NCBI GenBank assembly: GCA_043228905.1 | Contig: JBHGNT010000018.1 | Span: forward strand, 434,001-498,000 | DNA length: 64,000 nt | Direction: 5' to 3' | Source of the DNA: Azolla caroliniana | Lineage: Eukaryota; Plantae; Polypodiophyta | Shown here: positions 33,501 to 46,302 of the stretch, in pieces | How positions within the stretch are numbered: the stretch's first letter is position 1 | Layout of the letters: every line of letters starts with the position of its first letter | Program-made: the position numbers and the translations under genes | Notes under the pieces: model-generated | Databases searched by the model: none | Told to the model about the DNA's origin: nothing | Seen by the model: the letters and a program-made list of their open reading frames with translations, nothing else

Positions 33501-34911
33501 GCTCTAACAACACCTCTATGGTGTACACTATCCTTGTTCTTTTTCAAATGCTATAATACAAGGTTTGTCATTACTATCACTATCACACAGCCAGCCTCCC
33601 TAATTTTTGTTCACTAGAAAGCTTCTATGTCCTTGTTCTTTGCCAGACTATAGAAGTTGACTCCCCTAATGTTGGTGAGCCCACAAACAGAGCTAGTAAA
33701 AGGATAATTAGCAAAAAATTCCTCTTTTTGTTTCCATTGGCCTTTCTACACACCTAGAGTTCATCTGTATTGCTATCAGAACTAGTTCACCATCATTATA
33801 TGGCCCCATTCCCATACTGCTTGTCAAGCACTTTGGTCTTTAAATGGGTAAGTATGTCTTTAAAACTTCAGAAGACCAATCGCTTCTGTTATTGCTATCA
33901 GAATTGATTCACCATCACTATGATGCCACTCCCATATTGCCTGTCACCTGGTAACTATGTTATGTGTACCTTCAGAAGACCAATTTTTTTTGTTATTTCT
34001 ATAAGAAGACCAGACCAATGTCTATGTGATGCCACTCCCATATTGCCTGTGAAGTGCACAACAGGTCATTAGATGGGTAAGTATGTTTTGTGTACTCAAC
34101 GAATTGAAAGAGAGAAGTATAATGGAAATTGAAAGAAATTATTAGCAAAAACGTAACATCAAGTCAAGATTCAGCAATAGTGTTGAGGATACATACTTGG
34201 TTGAAAACATCAAAAGAACAAGGCTTTTAAACTTGCTTCTTTGATAATTGATCAATCTTCGATAAAAATTTCAGATTTACGTGCTTCTTTATGAGCCAAA
34301 TTGGATGCTACCTTATGTTTTGGACCATGGACAGTAAAGTTGATTATCTTGAACGTTTATTGGACACTTGAAAGGATGAAATTGAATTTGAATCCTATGT
34401 GTGCTTTTGTGCATTTTGTTTTCTTTTGCCATGATATATGTTTCTCATCTTTTAGGGGCAATTTGTAACCTCCTAGAAAATACTCTGGTGGAACTGAAGG
34501 GTGATGGCCCAAACCATTTCTGTGAATAAATCCTGTTATGTATTGTTTTTCTACGAATAGTCAGTTCAAATGTTTTTCTGTGAATAGTAGGTCATCAGTA
34601 TAATGATTGTGAGATGTATAATGGATTCTCTGTAAGCCAGCTAGATTTTCGTTGAGATAAAAACTTAATGAAAGAAAAACAACTTTTTTCATGCTGGTGA
34701 ATGCATTTGCTCAGGGCTGATGGGAGGGAGATGCTGGTAGACAACAAGTTCATGAGAGCAAATTATCCAGTCTTGGTATGAAAACATGCATTCATGTAGT
34801 TTACATTCAAAATGTATGTGTTTGATCAATTAACCCAAAGATTTTCCTTTTGCACAGCTGATTGACTTTTATGAGAAGCATTTACGGTACAGTTCTTCAT
34901 CAGCAATGTAA
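30515..34911 (+). CDS. LHP1: LIKE HETEROCHROMATIN PROTEIN 1-like chromodomain + chromoshadow protein (about 670 aa), 6 exons
   Basis: Exons 30515-31402, 31861-31886 (GC donor), 32002-32088, 32165-33061, 34715-34775, 34858-34911. Chromodomain [46 protein letters not shown] NLS-like motif, chromoshadow LTKILKAVNYS..VDNKFMRANYPVLLIDFYEKHLRY. Confidence 0.93.
33266..33440. repeat. Intronic tandem duplication (about 86 bp x2)
   Basis: ATAGCATTT(T)AAAACATG..TGTGAAACATATGGATATC is repeated head to tail. Confidence 0.85.
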
Positions 34912-37437
34912 ATATAGAGGTATGCACTGTGGAATGAAATAGACGAGACTAATTATCTTCGATGTGGAGTGCCAGAAACCCATATTTGTGGGGAAAGAGG
35001 TGTTTGTATGCTATTTTGAATCAAATGACATGTGACACTCTGTGGAAGTTTCAGCAGCGTGTTAAATATTCTGCATGAATTCTATAGTGGTCAGTGAAAA
35101 TTCAGTATGATTTTATTTGCGCTTCTGGTCATTTCATCAATGAAAATTTTAAAGTCAGAATGTTTTAAAAGGATTACTTTCTTGGTTTTAATTAATTCTC
35201 TCTCATGATATAGAGAACTAGATTTTTTGTGTCTTTATTCCAAGTTACTTTGCTATTAATTAAGCTTATATGAATTCTCCTTAATGGGAGAGCAAGTTTC
35301 ACATTCTTGATAATGAAGTACTGGAATCTTGTCCGCATATTTCACTTTAAGCTGTTAATGTCATTGGCAAATATGGCTCTGTGATTTATTGCAAAACAAT
35401 ATTATGCGATAGTTTAAAAACCAAATGCTCGTCAAGATTACCTCTATTCCTTTTCCTTCATAAATGGCATTGTAAATTGAATACAAAATTCGACAGCAAT
35501 AGTTGCAAGGAGGTTCATTTCATTTAGTCTCTGTATGGTTGATTGATTCCTGAGTTGTCTCCTATTTTATATCATCATATCTGTGTCAATTGAAAAGGAA
35601 GATGAAGATGAGGTACGTGAAAAGATGTTCATTTATTATTATAGAGATTCGCATACATGCGAATAACTCAACATGGTGCATACATAATTGATATGGAGGA
35701 AATGAAACCACTTGAAAAGATCACGTTGCATTATTGCTAAGATATTCATCTGAATGATGTCATCAATTCGTGTGAAAATCAATAAAGACATTATTGTAGA
35801 TAATAAAACTGAATAAATGATAACGCTATGAAAATTTGAGAAGGTACTGTGTTCGTTTGTGCCAAATGTGTGAACACAAACTGCTGTAGCTTTATTAAGT
35901 AGTGCCTTTCTATGTAAAACTCTGTACGTTGAACAACACGAGTGGAGTGTACAATATTAATTGAGTATTTGATCAGGTGTATTGCTGACTTACACGAGGA
36001 AGTGTTGTCTTTTTATAGATGTAGGTGATCATATATTACAAAACTAAATAAATATTTGATCACGTTGTCTTGTTAGGATAATTCTAGTGCTGAAGATCAA
36101 TGTACAAATTTTGTTAGTATGAGTAATTCTAGTGCTGACCTTGGTTATTTCAAGATGTAAATATGGTTTTACTTCGTGTATGAAACAACAGCAGATTTCA
36201 GTATCTTTTAGATATCTTAGTGTAGTATATTATGTTATTACATAAAACAAGTATGCAAAGACTTGAAATAAGAAAGTTTTAAAGCAAAGAGTGAAACAGA
36301 AGCTGGAGCTGTGCATGACTTTGCTTCTATTCACAGCAAGAGAGAAAACTACTGTGTCGGGTGTTTTCTTGACAGGGCTGAGCTTTGGTGTGATGGGTTT
36401 TAGTTAAACATGCAATGAAATTATACTTTATTAATGTATTTGACGGGTTTTAATTATATTGGAATTAGTGACCACCATCTGTAAACTCCTTTTTAACACC
36501 ATTATATTGTAAGTAAATGGATTAAAACTTTTTTGCAGAATAGTTCTGACTTGTTAGGTATGTCCTATGGACAATAAGTCTTGTTCATAAATAGTCATTT
36601 TTCTTAACACAATAGCAAGAGAAAAACATTGTGAGCACCTGAAATAATGAACCTACTAAGGGTACAAAAATGGAGGACAGACATGACACTGTCATGATGA
36701 ATTTACCTCAATGAAGAGAAACAGGATATCTATTTACACATTAATACATGAACAAGCAAGGGGAGGAATATTTTGTTTATTCATGATAACTGTTGCAGCT
36801 GCCATTGAGCTAGCCCTTAGCCCTTGCTCTCGTTATTTCATGGGATAGAAGATGAAGATCATTCGTTCTTCTGCAACTATTGGGTTACACGATATACAAT
36901 GCTGGTTCCTATGAATTGATTGTTCTTCACTTCTTATTGGTAAATTCCTCAAGAGGAATATGATCCATTTCAAAACAGATTTCCAAACATCATGATTACA
37001 CTGTATATTATATATACGCTGATGCCCTGAAATATAGCCAGGTGACACAAGAATCACTGCATTCAATATGGGCTACTAGACATCTTTACTTTTGACACAA
37101 TAAAATCTCTCACGAGGCATTGACATTAGCAAATCATCATGCATCTGTTAACAGATTACAATGTATGACACTTGTTTACAGTTACTGATATACTCTAGTA
37201 AAGACATACTTCATCGAAATACTGGTAGGAGGAAACAAACACATCCCTCACACATCGCTTATAGATACAGCCAACAAACTTTACTTAGCACTATGGTTTC
37301 TTGACATTCCACTCTCGATACATTAGTAGGTGACAAGTCTTCAGACGGATAATTAAATAAATATTTCCCAGATTTTTATGGACTCCGCAGATATTTGCTC
37401 ATTGTCAATTGTAAACTAATAAATATTTTGAAGATAT

Positions 37438-40400
37438 TTATGGACTCAACAGATATTTGCTCACATCGTCAACTGTAAACTCATAAGTGTGGGTACTATA
37501 TGCATCACCTTCAGTAGTGCTATCACTGCTTTTTGCATTGACCTTTTGAGTGGCTTTCAATGCGACATTGTTATTACTCTTTGATCCATCATGGTTTGAT
37601 CCAGAAACTTGCAGCTTCCCATCATAAGTAGAAAAATTAGCTGGCAATCTACCGATTTGATTTTGTAATGCTGTCACTGGGTCATGATGCTGGACCTTAC
37701 ATTTACTGCTTTTCTTGTTTGTATTGACTAGCTTCAGCTCCATTCTATACAAAGCACATGCGTCATAATTGCTCAGTTCATACTCAAAAAGGTGCCATTC
37801 ATACTGCGGAGTAGGCTGTGGATCCATATAATATGATCTCTTCAGCCCACCTAAATCTTTCATGATCTGCTTTCTGGATTCGTGCCAACCACGTCCACAA
37901 TGATCCGGCAAAGATCGTTGCTTCCGGGTTCCACTTTCAAATGCCCTTCGTGGCTTATCAAAGAAAAGCCATTCTCGGATTGTTTCTCCAGGAAGCATGG
38001 ATGTATCAAATAGCTCTATGAACAAATGTTCCATGGAACCAAGTTATTGCTTAAAAATATTGTCCATTCTGGAAAGTCTAAACATGTATTCAAGAACCAA
38101 AAAAAACCTAAATTAGATTGCAAAGAAAACTATAATGCAGTATCACCTGGCGTTACTACACTCAGAAAGAAAACCATTTACGCACACTTATTAATGGATT
38201 TGAAATTCATAAATCCTACAAATATATTCAGCACAGGAAATGGATTGCTATTTAAAATAGGCTGCACAAATAGCTTTTCAAAGTAGGCTTCTCAAAACAA
38301 CAGAGAGCTCATGCTTCTCTGGGAGATGATGCTAGCAAAAGGAAATGCTCAAAAGGTTAAATAAAAAAACCAATAAACATAACTGAGGTTTTAGAGAAGA
38401 TTTACCACAGAGACTACTCATATTTTGACTAGACACATATAGAGTTGCCATAAAATCCCATCCCTCCCCCATGTTATCCCTTTTGTGGTTGATATTTTTT
38501 TCAGGGGTAAGAGAATTGATTATGGTGTTGATGTATTGGGAAGCATGGTACCATAGAAACTGCAGAAGTGCAAAGACTGAAATGACAATGTACACAGAGC
38601 TCTCCTCTGAAGAGAAGATTTAGTTACAGGTAACATGTCAACTGTATGTGGCCCTTCTTTTCACTTATCTAGGCTACTCAGAATGGAGTGGTGCATATCA
38701 GATGATACATTCTCATGTTAGCACTTTTGTGGGTGCTACCACAAATGTAAACAATTTGACAGCATTTCATCTAAATGCCTATGGTTGATTTCTTACAATG
38801 CTATAGCTGGAAAGAGTACAGATCAGATAATAATGCAATCTCGTCTTGGCATATCTGTGAGTGCCACCACAAATGTAAACAACTTGATAACATTTAATCT
38901 AAACGCCTATGGTTGATTTCTCACAGAGCTACACCTGTGGGCACTTGTTTGCTTGCATGTGAAATGTCTCTAGAGCTACTTTTTATAACCATAAACAGGA
39001 TGGCCATGTGACCATTTATACCCTCAGCATCAGATTGGATTGTTTATACAGAGATGCATATGGGACAAGGAGAGTACTTGATAATGATACTTTTCAGTGA
39101 AAATTAACTTTGTTTAACTAGAAACAATATTGGACGCAAATATGAGAAACAGAATCACATAAATAAGCAAAACAAGGAATGCAAATACAAAAGAATTATA
39201 CACATGCAAACTCAATACGAAAAACAGGGAATTGATGAATGATACCATGAGCATTCCATGGTGATTTTGAAGTAGCTGCACCTTCGCATTCAGGAATTCC
39301 AACTGCTTTAATGTGGCTCTTAGCAGATAATGATGAGAAAAGCGGGCCATCTTTCAGATCTATTCCACCTGGACGAACCACAGGAGATTGTCCTTTTGCA
39401 CCTTCACTGAGAGCCAATGTTGCATGGAAATTACTACAATAATCCATCAACCAGTCTGATTGAGCTGCAGGCCGTGGACAATCCCATAAAGCACATTTTG
39501 GACCCAAAAAAGCTGCTGGTGAAGGAAACATTACTGATGGAACTGTCTCATCATGGGATCCAAACCCATTAGGAAAATATTTTCCTGTATTCAATTCTTC
39601 ATTCTGAATAGGAAAAACTGTGTTCCTGAACTCTGCTTGCGAGCCCAAATTATCTTCATGGCAAGGTTCTGCTAATATCGTTTTTGCTCTTAACAACCGT
39701 TCCACCATTTCCTCTTCAAATATTTGTACCTGGTTTTCTGCATAGTTTGGGTTATAGGCCTGTCCAAACAAGCATTCCCCATAAATCAGGTCATAGCAAA
39801 ACAAACTAAACAAAAGAATCAATAATCAGAAATTGAAAAGAAACTGTACAAAATTCTTTGAAAGAACATCATTTACACATAGATATCATGATAACAAAAA
39901 GTATACCATCTACAATGTGTCAGGAATATTGTATCGTGACACTAATGAGTAGGTCAAATTACTCATTATAACTATAGGATGTTTAAATATTCAAAGATCA
40001 AACTGCTCACGAAATACATGACTAATGACTCCTCTATAAGGACACTAAAGTTTGGGAAACACTTTAACACAGGTATCATGCATCAGGTTCTTGTCCCCAT
40101 CTTGGTAAACCATCATATCTACATCAAGAATATACTGTAATTCCATAAACAGAATGTGAGATGAGTTAAACATTGTATTGTGCACATGAAATGCTTTACA
40201 TTTTAAACAAGTATGTATGCCACATCCACAAATAAATTTTCAAGGAACAAATTGGAAATATAGTTCTCAATCGAAACGATATGTCAGGTGACACATCATT
40301 TTCTTCCATGCTTTGAAATAACATGGAACTCGTGTGTCCCAATATTGAGTCAGCAATCCAAATTCTGAACTTCACTACATCTACATTAAGAATAACAGCA

Positions 40401-42564
40401 AGAAAAAGAAGCATTTTAACAATGTACAAAGAATGATCCTCTCACATTAACTATACTTGGGGTTAGGCTTTACCTAATGTTTCATGCTGAGTTTACAAGA
40501 AATCAAGCATTGAAGTATGCTTCAGATCAAGTTTTATTTTCCATGATTTGCATTCCTACCATTCTTATATTTAAATTGTTATTACTTATATTTGCGAGAT
40601 TTACCTTGATCATAGATATAATCCCAGAACTTTCCTTACATTAGACTAGAATCTAGGCATAAACAACATGAATAATAGCGAAGATGCAATAATTGTGAAA
40701 TTATCCATTATGACATTCTGGTAAGTCCTGTATAAAGTTGCTATGAATGGTGATAATATGCAGTCTCATCATTCCTATTTAGGGTGTGACGGTTGTCCTG
40801 AACAATATCTTGATGTGGACCACATGCCTACCAGAGTCACACTTAGATGCCACTTGTCAACTAGATTTTTTCGTACTTCTTGAGGGGGAGGGAGATAAAG
40901 GATCTTAGCATGATTCTAGTAAATAGAATTCCCAAAACAAAAGCATCACTATTTTAACAATAAAATGAATCAATAAGCTGTCTACCTCTTCAGGATTCTG
41001 GCAGTATGATTGTGAGCTGCGCATACCCTGTTCATCACCAACTTTCCCAAGGCAGGCAGCCAAGCTACTGCTAGCATCATCATCTTCCTCTGTCAATTGA
41101 AGAAGCCTTTTCATGTCTGAAGAAAGCTCTGATGAGCTAGGGCTAGGACCCTGTAAATAATGATTGAAAAATACCACCAACTTTTTATTTACGTATGTGA
41201 TTGGAAAATGGTATGTGGTAAAAAACGATGAAACAATCTATATTCACGTGAGATGAAATTACTTAAATGGAACAGCATCTATCCACGATGGATATGTAAA
41301 CCTTGCTGCCCCTATTTTCAACATCCAAGGATGCACAACACAATAATTCAACACATCTCTTCCCCTTCTCCTAGTGAACAGACCATTAAGGAGACCACTC
41401 TTAAACTTGGTTCGGATCACCTCATGCCTCCTTATGAGCATCATGTTTCCTCGATTGAGAATGCTGTGTATCAATGTATTAACAATGAGCTTGTAGTTCG
41501 TATCCACCGTACACATGCATACATTATTGACTGAATTGAACCAAAGAAAGAGTGAACCCAAATTCAAATCTATCTTCACAACTCAGACATGCCAGTTCGC
41601 TAATGTCATGCACTCATAGCTTATATTTGAACCTCCCCTAAATGTTTTGATACATCTCTCTGCAAGACCAGTTAGGGTATACAATTCTAACATTAGTTGT
41701 GCAAGGTAATCCTAACATCTCTCTATCTTTTTATTATAGTATCTTATAGCTTGAACTCAATTACCATATTTAGAACATCCACATGCTGCTGGGAAACTAT
41801 GGGCCCTCATGCACACATGCATAACGTTGCAAGGGGGATCCTAATATTTCCCTAGATGTAAGCCAAGTTTTTACTAGACTATGCATCCTGGTTAAAATCT
41901 GACAATAAACACTGATTTACTAGATCCCATGATGGAATATAGGTGTTGATCGCCTAAGTTTCTGATTGGCATGAGCAACTTTACAAACTGAGGTACAATA
42001 ATCCGGGTTCAATTTTTATCTATCATCAATGCAACCTACACCATGTGAAATGTTCTCACTTTGGTCCTATATGTAATGGTGTGACTTCCAAGGATGATGA
42101 TAAAACCTATGTAGGTAGCTATTCATACCTAGAATTTTGTGTCACTGGCAACCTACAGTGACGATATCTTTTGGTTATGTATATATACAATCTGCATCAT
42201 CGTCTCTCTTTCTCTCTAGTCATTTTCCCATAGTTTCACTTCAAAGCCATATGTCTTATCTGATATCTGAGAACAATCATACAATCTCTCTCTCAACAAA
42301 CTAAAAGAAGAAGGAAATGAGGGAAATAAGTAGCAATCTCACCACGAAAGATGATGAAGGAGTGGGCTCATGGAGCTCAGCCTTCCATTCTCTGAGCATC
42401 TGGTTGACCTGTTCTTCTAAGACACCCACATCCACGCCTCTGTTCTCTCTCCTCGCCTGTTGTAAGCTACAAAACACACCCTGGAGGTCTTCTACCCGGT
42501 TCTTCGCCTTCACTTTGAATGAGTGGCTCTGAGTTGAGGATCTATGCTTTCCTTGGCTACCCAT
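37438..42564 (-). CDS. VOZ: VOZ (vascular plant one-zinc-finger) transcription factor (about 492 aa), 4 exons
   Basis: Exons 42343-42564, 40986-41150, 39246-39759, 37438-38015 with consistent phases. Motifs [84 protein letters not shown]. Confidence 0.95.
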
Positions 42565-42870
42565 CTCTTCCTCTTCTAATTAAACACGCACGCACAGAGA
42601 GAGGCAGAAGCAGAGGTGAATAGCAGAGGTGAATCTAAACTAAAATAAACTTCCGATGGGGGTGAGAGCCAATCCAGCAGACGAAATCGGAGAGGAGACA
42701 AGGCAACAAAGCATAGCAGACGAAAGACTAGGTCATGGAATCGAGCTCTCTACGGTCTCGCAGCCACTCCTTTGCTGCTTCTCTCTCTCTCTCTCTCTCT
42801 CTGCAGAGATGCTCCTCAGATGATTGATTCCATCTCTGTTTTTTATGTATACATACTAATGCATAGCACA

Positions 42871-42901
<31 letters not shown>

Positions 42902-45900
42902 TTATATGTTATAACTTATAACTGATATGTATATGTACATGTACATAAATACATATGTATGTATATGTATTTATATATATTCTCTTCAATGCCCCCCCCC
43001 CCTTCCTTTTTTCCTTCGATTTTCCGATCATACTCTTGGCTTAGACCCACCCTCCCTTTCGGCAAAAAGAAGACTCGGATTGCACGGTGGAAGCCAACCT
43101 GAGATTTCTTTGTTTTCTTCCCTGCCAAGTTCCATCGGTTCCCCCATCCTCTCAAGAAAGAATAGAAAACGAACTGATATTAGAAGAAAAAAACGAATGA
43201 GATAAATCACACAGCCTACTTTCGAGTTTCATTATCCCTCTGTTTTATCTCTTATAAGTTGTCCGAAAAACCCTAGCTTTTTGCAAATGGAAAGAGTGCT
43301 CCTCTCCCCGCCCCCCCCCCCCCCCCCCCAAGCTGGGAACATTGTACTACTATAGAGGGAGGCATTATTGTATATGTCTCGCATGTTAGCCTAGTATTCT
43401 TCAAACAAATACCCCTAGGTTTCTATACATTTACGAGAAGAGCCTCTCTTCAGTCGTAAATTTCAAAAAACAAGTATTTTGGAGCTCCTCCTTTCTTTAT
43501 AATCATTTCTCATATTTGGACTAAGTTTTTCATAAACTCCATTGAGTTCTCATTATTTCCCTAGCGCCCATGGGTAACTCTTGAAAGAGACAAAAGGGGG
43601 ATGACTCATGAATCAACCATGTAATATAGATGAAGGCAATGAATTGACAATATATTAGTTCAAGGGGGGTTGACCAAGGGTAATGCGGAAAATAAAGGAA
43701 AACACGAGGGTATTTGGGAGTTGTTCCCTTGTACATTTAATCTTACTAGTGTTTGCACTTATTCATTCGTTCAATTTATATGTTTTTATTTATATATATT
43801 TTTGTGCATGTTCGTGATAGTTTCTGGAATGATCGATACCTATCTTATCACTCATCATGAAGTAAGCATATATTATTTCCAAACAATTGGATGCCACATT
43901 GTTTATGAATGTGGTGCATATGCATTATGATAATACATCAAGGTCCAAACCAAAGCTTGTGAGTGTTAAGTGATGCTCCATTTGTCATGTAGATCAATTA
44001 TATACATGTAAATTTGTAATGAGTTTGATGCCATGGATCCAAAAGGTTCAACCAATTTGATTCCACTTTTGTTTGCGTGGAAAGCCACGCAACCAACCTT
44101 AAGTTTGCATTTTTGTGAAACGAAGAAATGATCTCATTCTTTTCTATGACCACTTTGAGAACATATCGAGATAATGGGAATTGCATTCCTATGGGCCAAT
44201 GTGCAAAAGACTTTTGGCCATTAAAATGCTTATATATTATTGTGCATGTGTACCGGGCCAACAAGCTAATTCCTTTCTTAAACATCAAGAACTAATGTTA
44301 CATGTTAATTTTAATGGATTTAAGGGTAGGATAAGTGGGAAACTAGTTATCATAGGACTGATGGCAACTTATAATGAATCAAAAATTTGTGGCAACTTGA
44401 GAACCCAAGTAGTTCAATTACATAAAGGGATTAACTGCCCACTTTGACATGACTCTTAAAGACATTATTATAAAGACTCTATTGATGAGGTAAAAACTCC
44501 CATATGTTGGGTCCATGGTTTGTCAGACTTCCATTGTTTGATACAATGTGATATTTGGTGATATGGGATGGCCGTAGGGTTTTGTATCCATCTCTTTGTC
44601 CTTTGTTCAGGGGGGTTGTGGTTAAGCACCCTCAAATCCATTATTTTCCTCAATTTTTTAATTAAAAGCTTGACATGAATATTCCGAAGGTATGATACAA
44701 GCCCATCTTTAGTGGTATGGAACACTGATAGAGTATTGTGTTCATCTATTGTACTTCGGTTAGGGATGGTTGGTGTGGTTAAATATCCCTAATCCATTAT
44801 TTTCTATAATCTCTCTCTTCTAAGTCTTCGTATGTCTTCAAGGGGTACTACCATACAACAAGGAACACATGGGAATGTGGGATATGGTTTAGCTTAATCT
44901 TAAGCTCTTTGATATGTTATAGATTCCATGTCATTGTTGGGGTGACAAATATTGCAAAACAAGAACTAATCACTTAAAGAAAAAAAGAAGGAATATTGCA
45001 CCCCCGCTTGGCACATATTAGGTTTCTAGGGATCAAGAATTCTATTTTATACCCGTGATAAAGAAGGAATTTTGATAAGACCCATGCACTCCATTCAATA
45101 AATACATTCGTATTTCGATTCTCTAAGCTTTAAAGTCAAGATGAAGTAATCATCCACGAACAATGATGATCACATTTAATCAAATGTTTCCAAGCTTTCC
45201 CAAATTTAATGGCCTCTCAACCAAATATTGCAACCAAATTAGCAATACTTTCTATGAATTGTAGATGTTTGTTTATAATTTCCTTGACACCAAACCCAAA
45301 ATCCATGACTTCATTCCATCACCCTAGGTAGCAAAACCAACTTACAGAATCATTTTTATCCATTGAGTTTTGATGATGAAACCAAGTGAATCCACAATCA
45401 AGAATTTAATCACATAATAAAATTGGATGTGTGGATGTGGTAGAGGGTTCTTTGAAACCTAATCATGACTGCACATTCACCAATATCTAATATTGGATTC
45501 GAATATATATGGCTACATTAGCACATTTATTAAAAGTTTGCCTCTTTATGACTAGTTGGTTGTGGCGGTAAAACAAATTTTCTTTGATTCCAAGTGAATG
45601 GGTGCATTTTGACAAATTACAAATATATATTGAGGTACACATGTATGTATCAAGCCCACTTGGGGAAGAATAAAAAATTATACGTTCTTAACTTATGCCA
45701 TTTCTTACATGATTATGCAAGCTAGATTCGTCACACACACTCCTTTTATGGAGACATTGGCAATGCAAGAGTTATACAACCACATGTAGACAAAAAATGT
45801 TAACTATGAACATAATACTTTGACCCGTCCTGTTCACCTTCCTGCTTTACGTATTCAAAACCAAATGGTATTTATTTTTCCCATTACCTTTTGAAAGACA

Positions 45901-46302
45901 ATATTGTGATCTCACTCGTGTTGTGTCAAAATAATAAAATGTTGTAATTTTCACGAGCTTAAAGTGGAATTAAAAAGAGTTTGATGTGGAATACAAGGAT
46001 GAAACCCATTTTATAGTTGAAAATATGTTAATGGAATATTGTGAAGGCATTCGTGAGAAGCAAAGGGTTTGTGTACATGATCTCAAACTAGGATTATGAA
46101 GATATGCAACATCAAACCCATTTCTTGAGGCACTTAACACATAACCTTAATGTTGCCAAGCACATCATTTATTTTATATGAGCCAATAAAGTAGTATATC
46201 TATGAAGCAATAAACCAAGCCCCATTACCATATTTAATCTAGGACATAACTATGAATGTTGCCTATTGAAGAGGTCACCTAACAAACATTTTAAAACAGA
46301 TT

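Noticed and set aside
40196-40429. Minus-strand ORF in a VOZ intron as an extra exon
   Set aside because: The four-exon model already gives a phase-consistent, normal-length protein and the ORF has no VOZ similarity.
41253-41579. Overlapping ORFs on both strands in VOZ intron 1
   Set aside because: No recognisable domain. Probably a decayed TE fragment or chance.
43311-43329. Long C/G homopolymers (also 2732-2752, 27635-27647) as G-quadruplex elements
   Set aside because: Homopolymer length is unreliable and there is no evidence of function from sequence alone.
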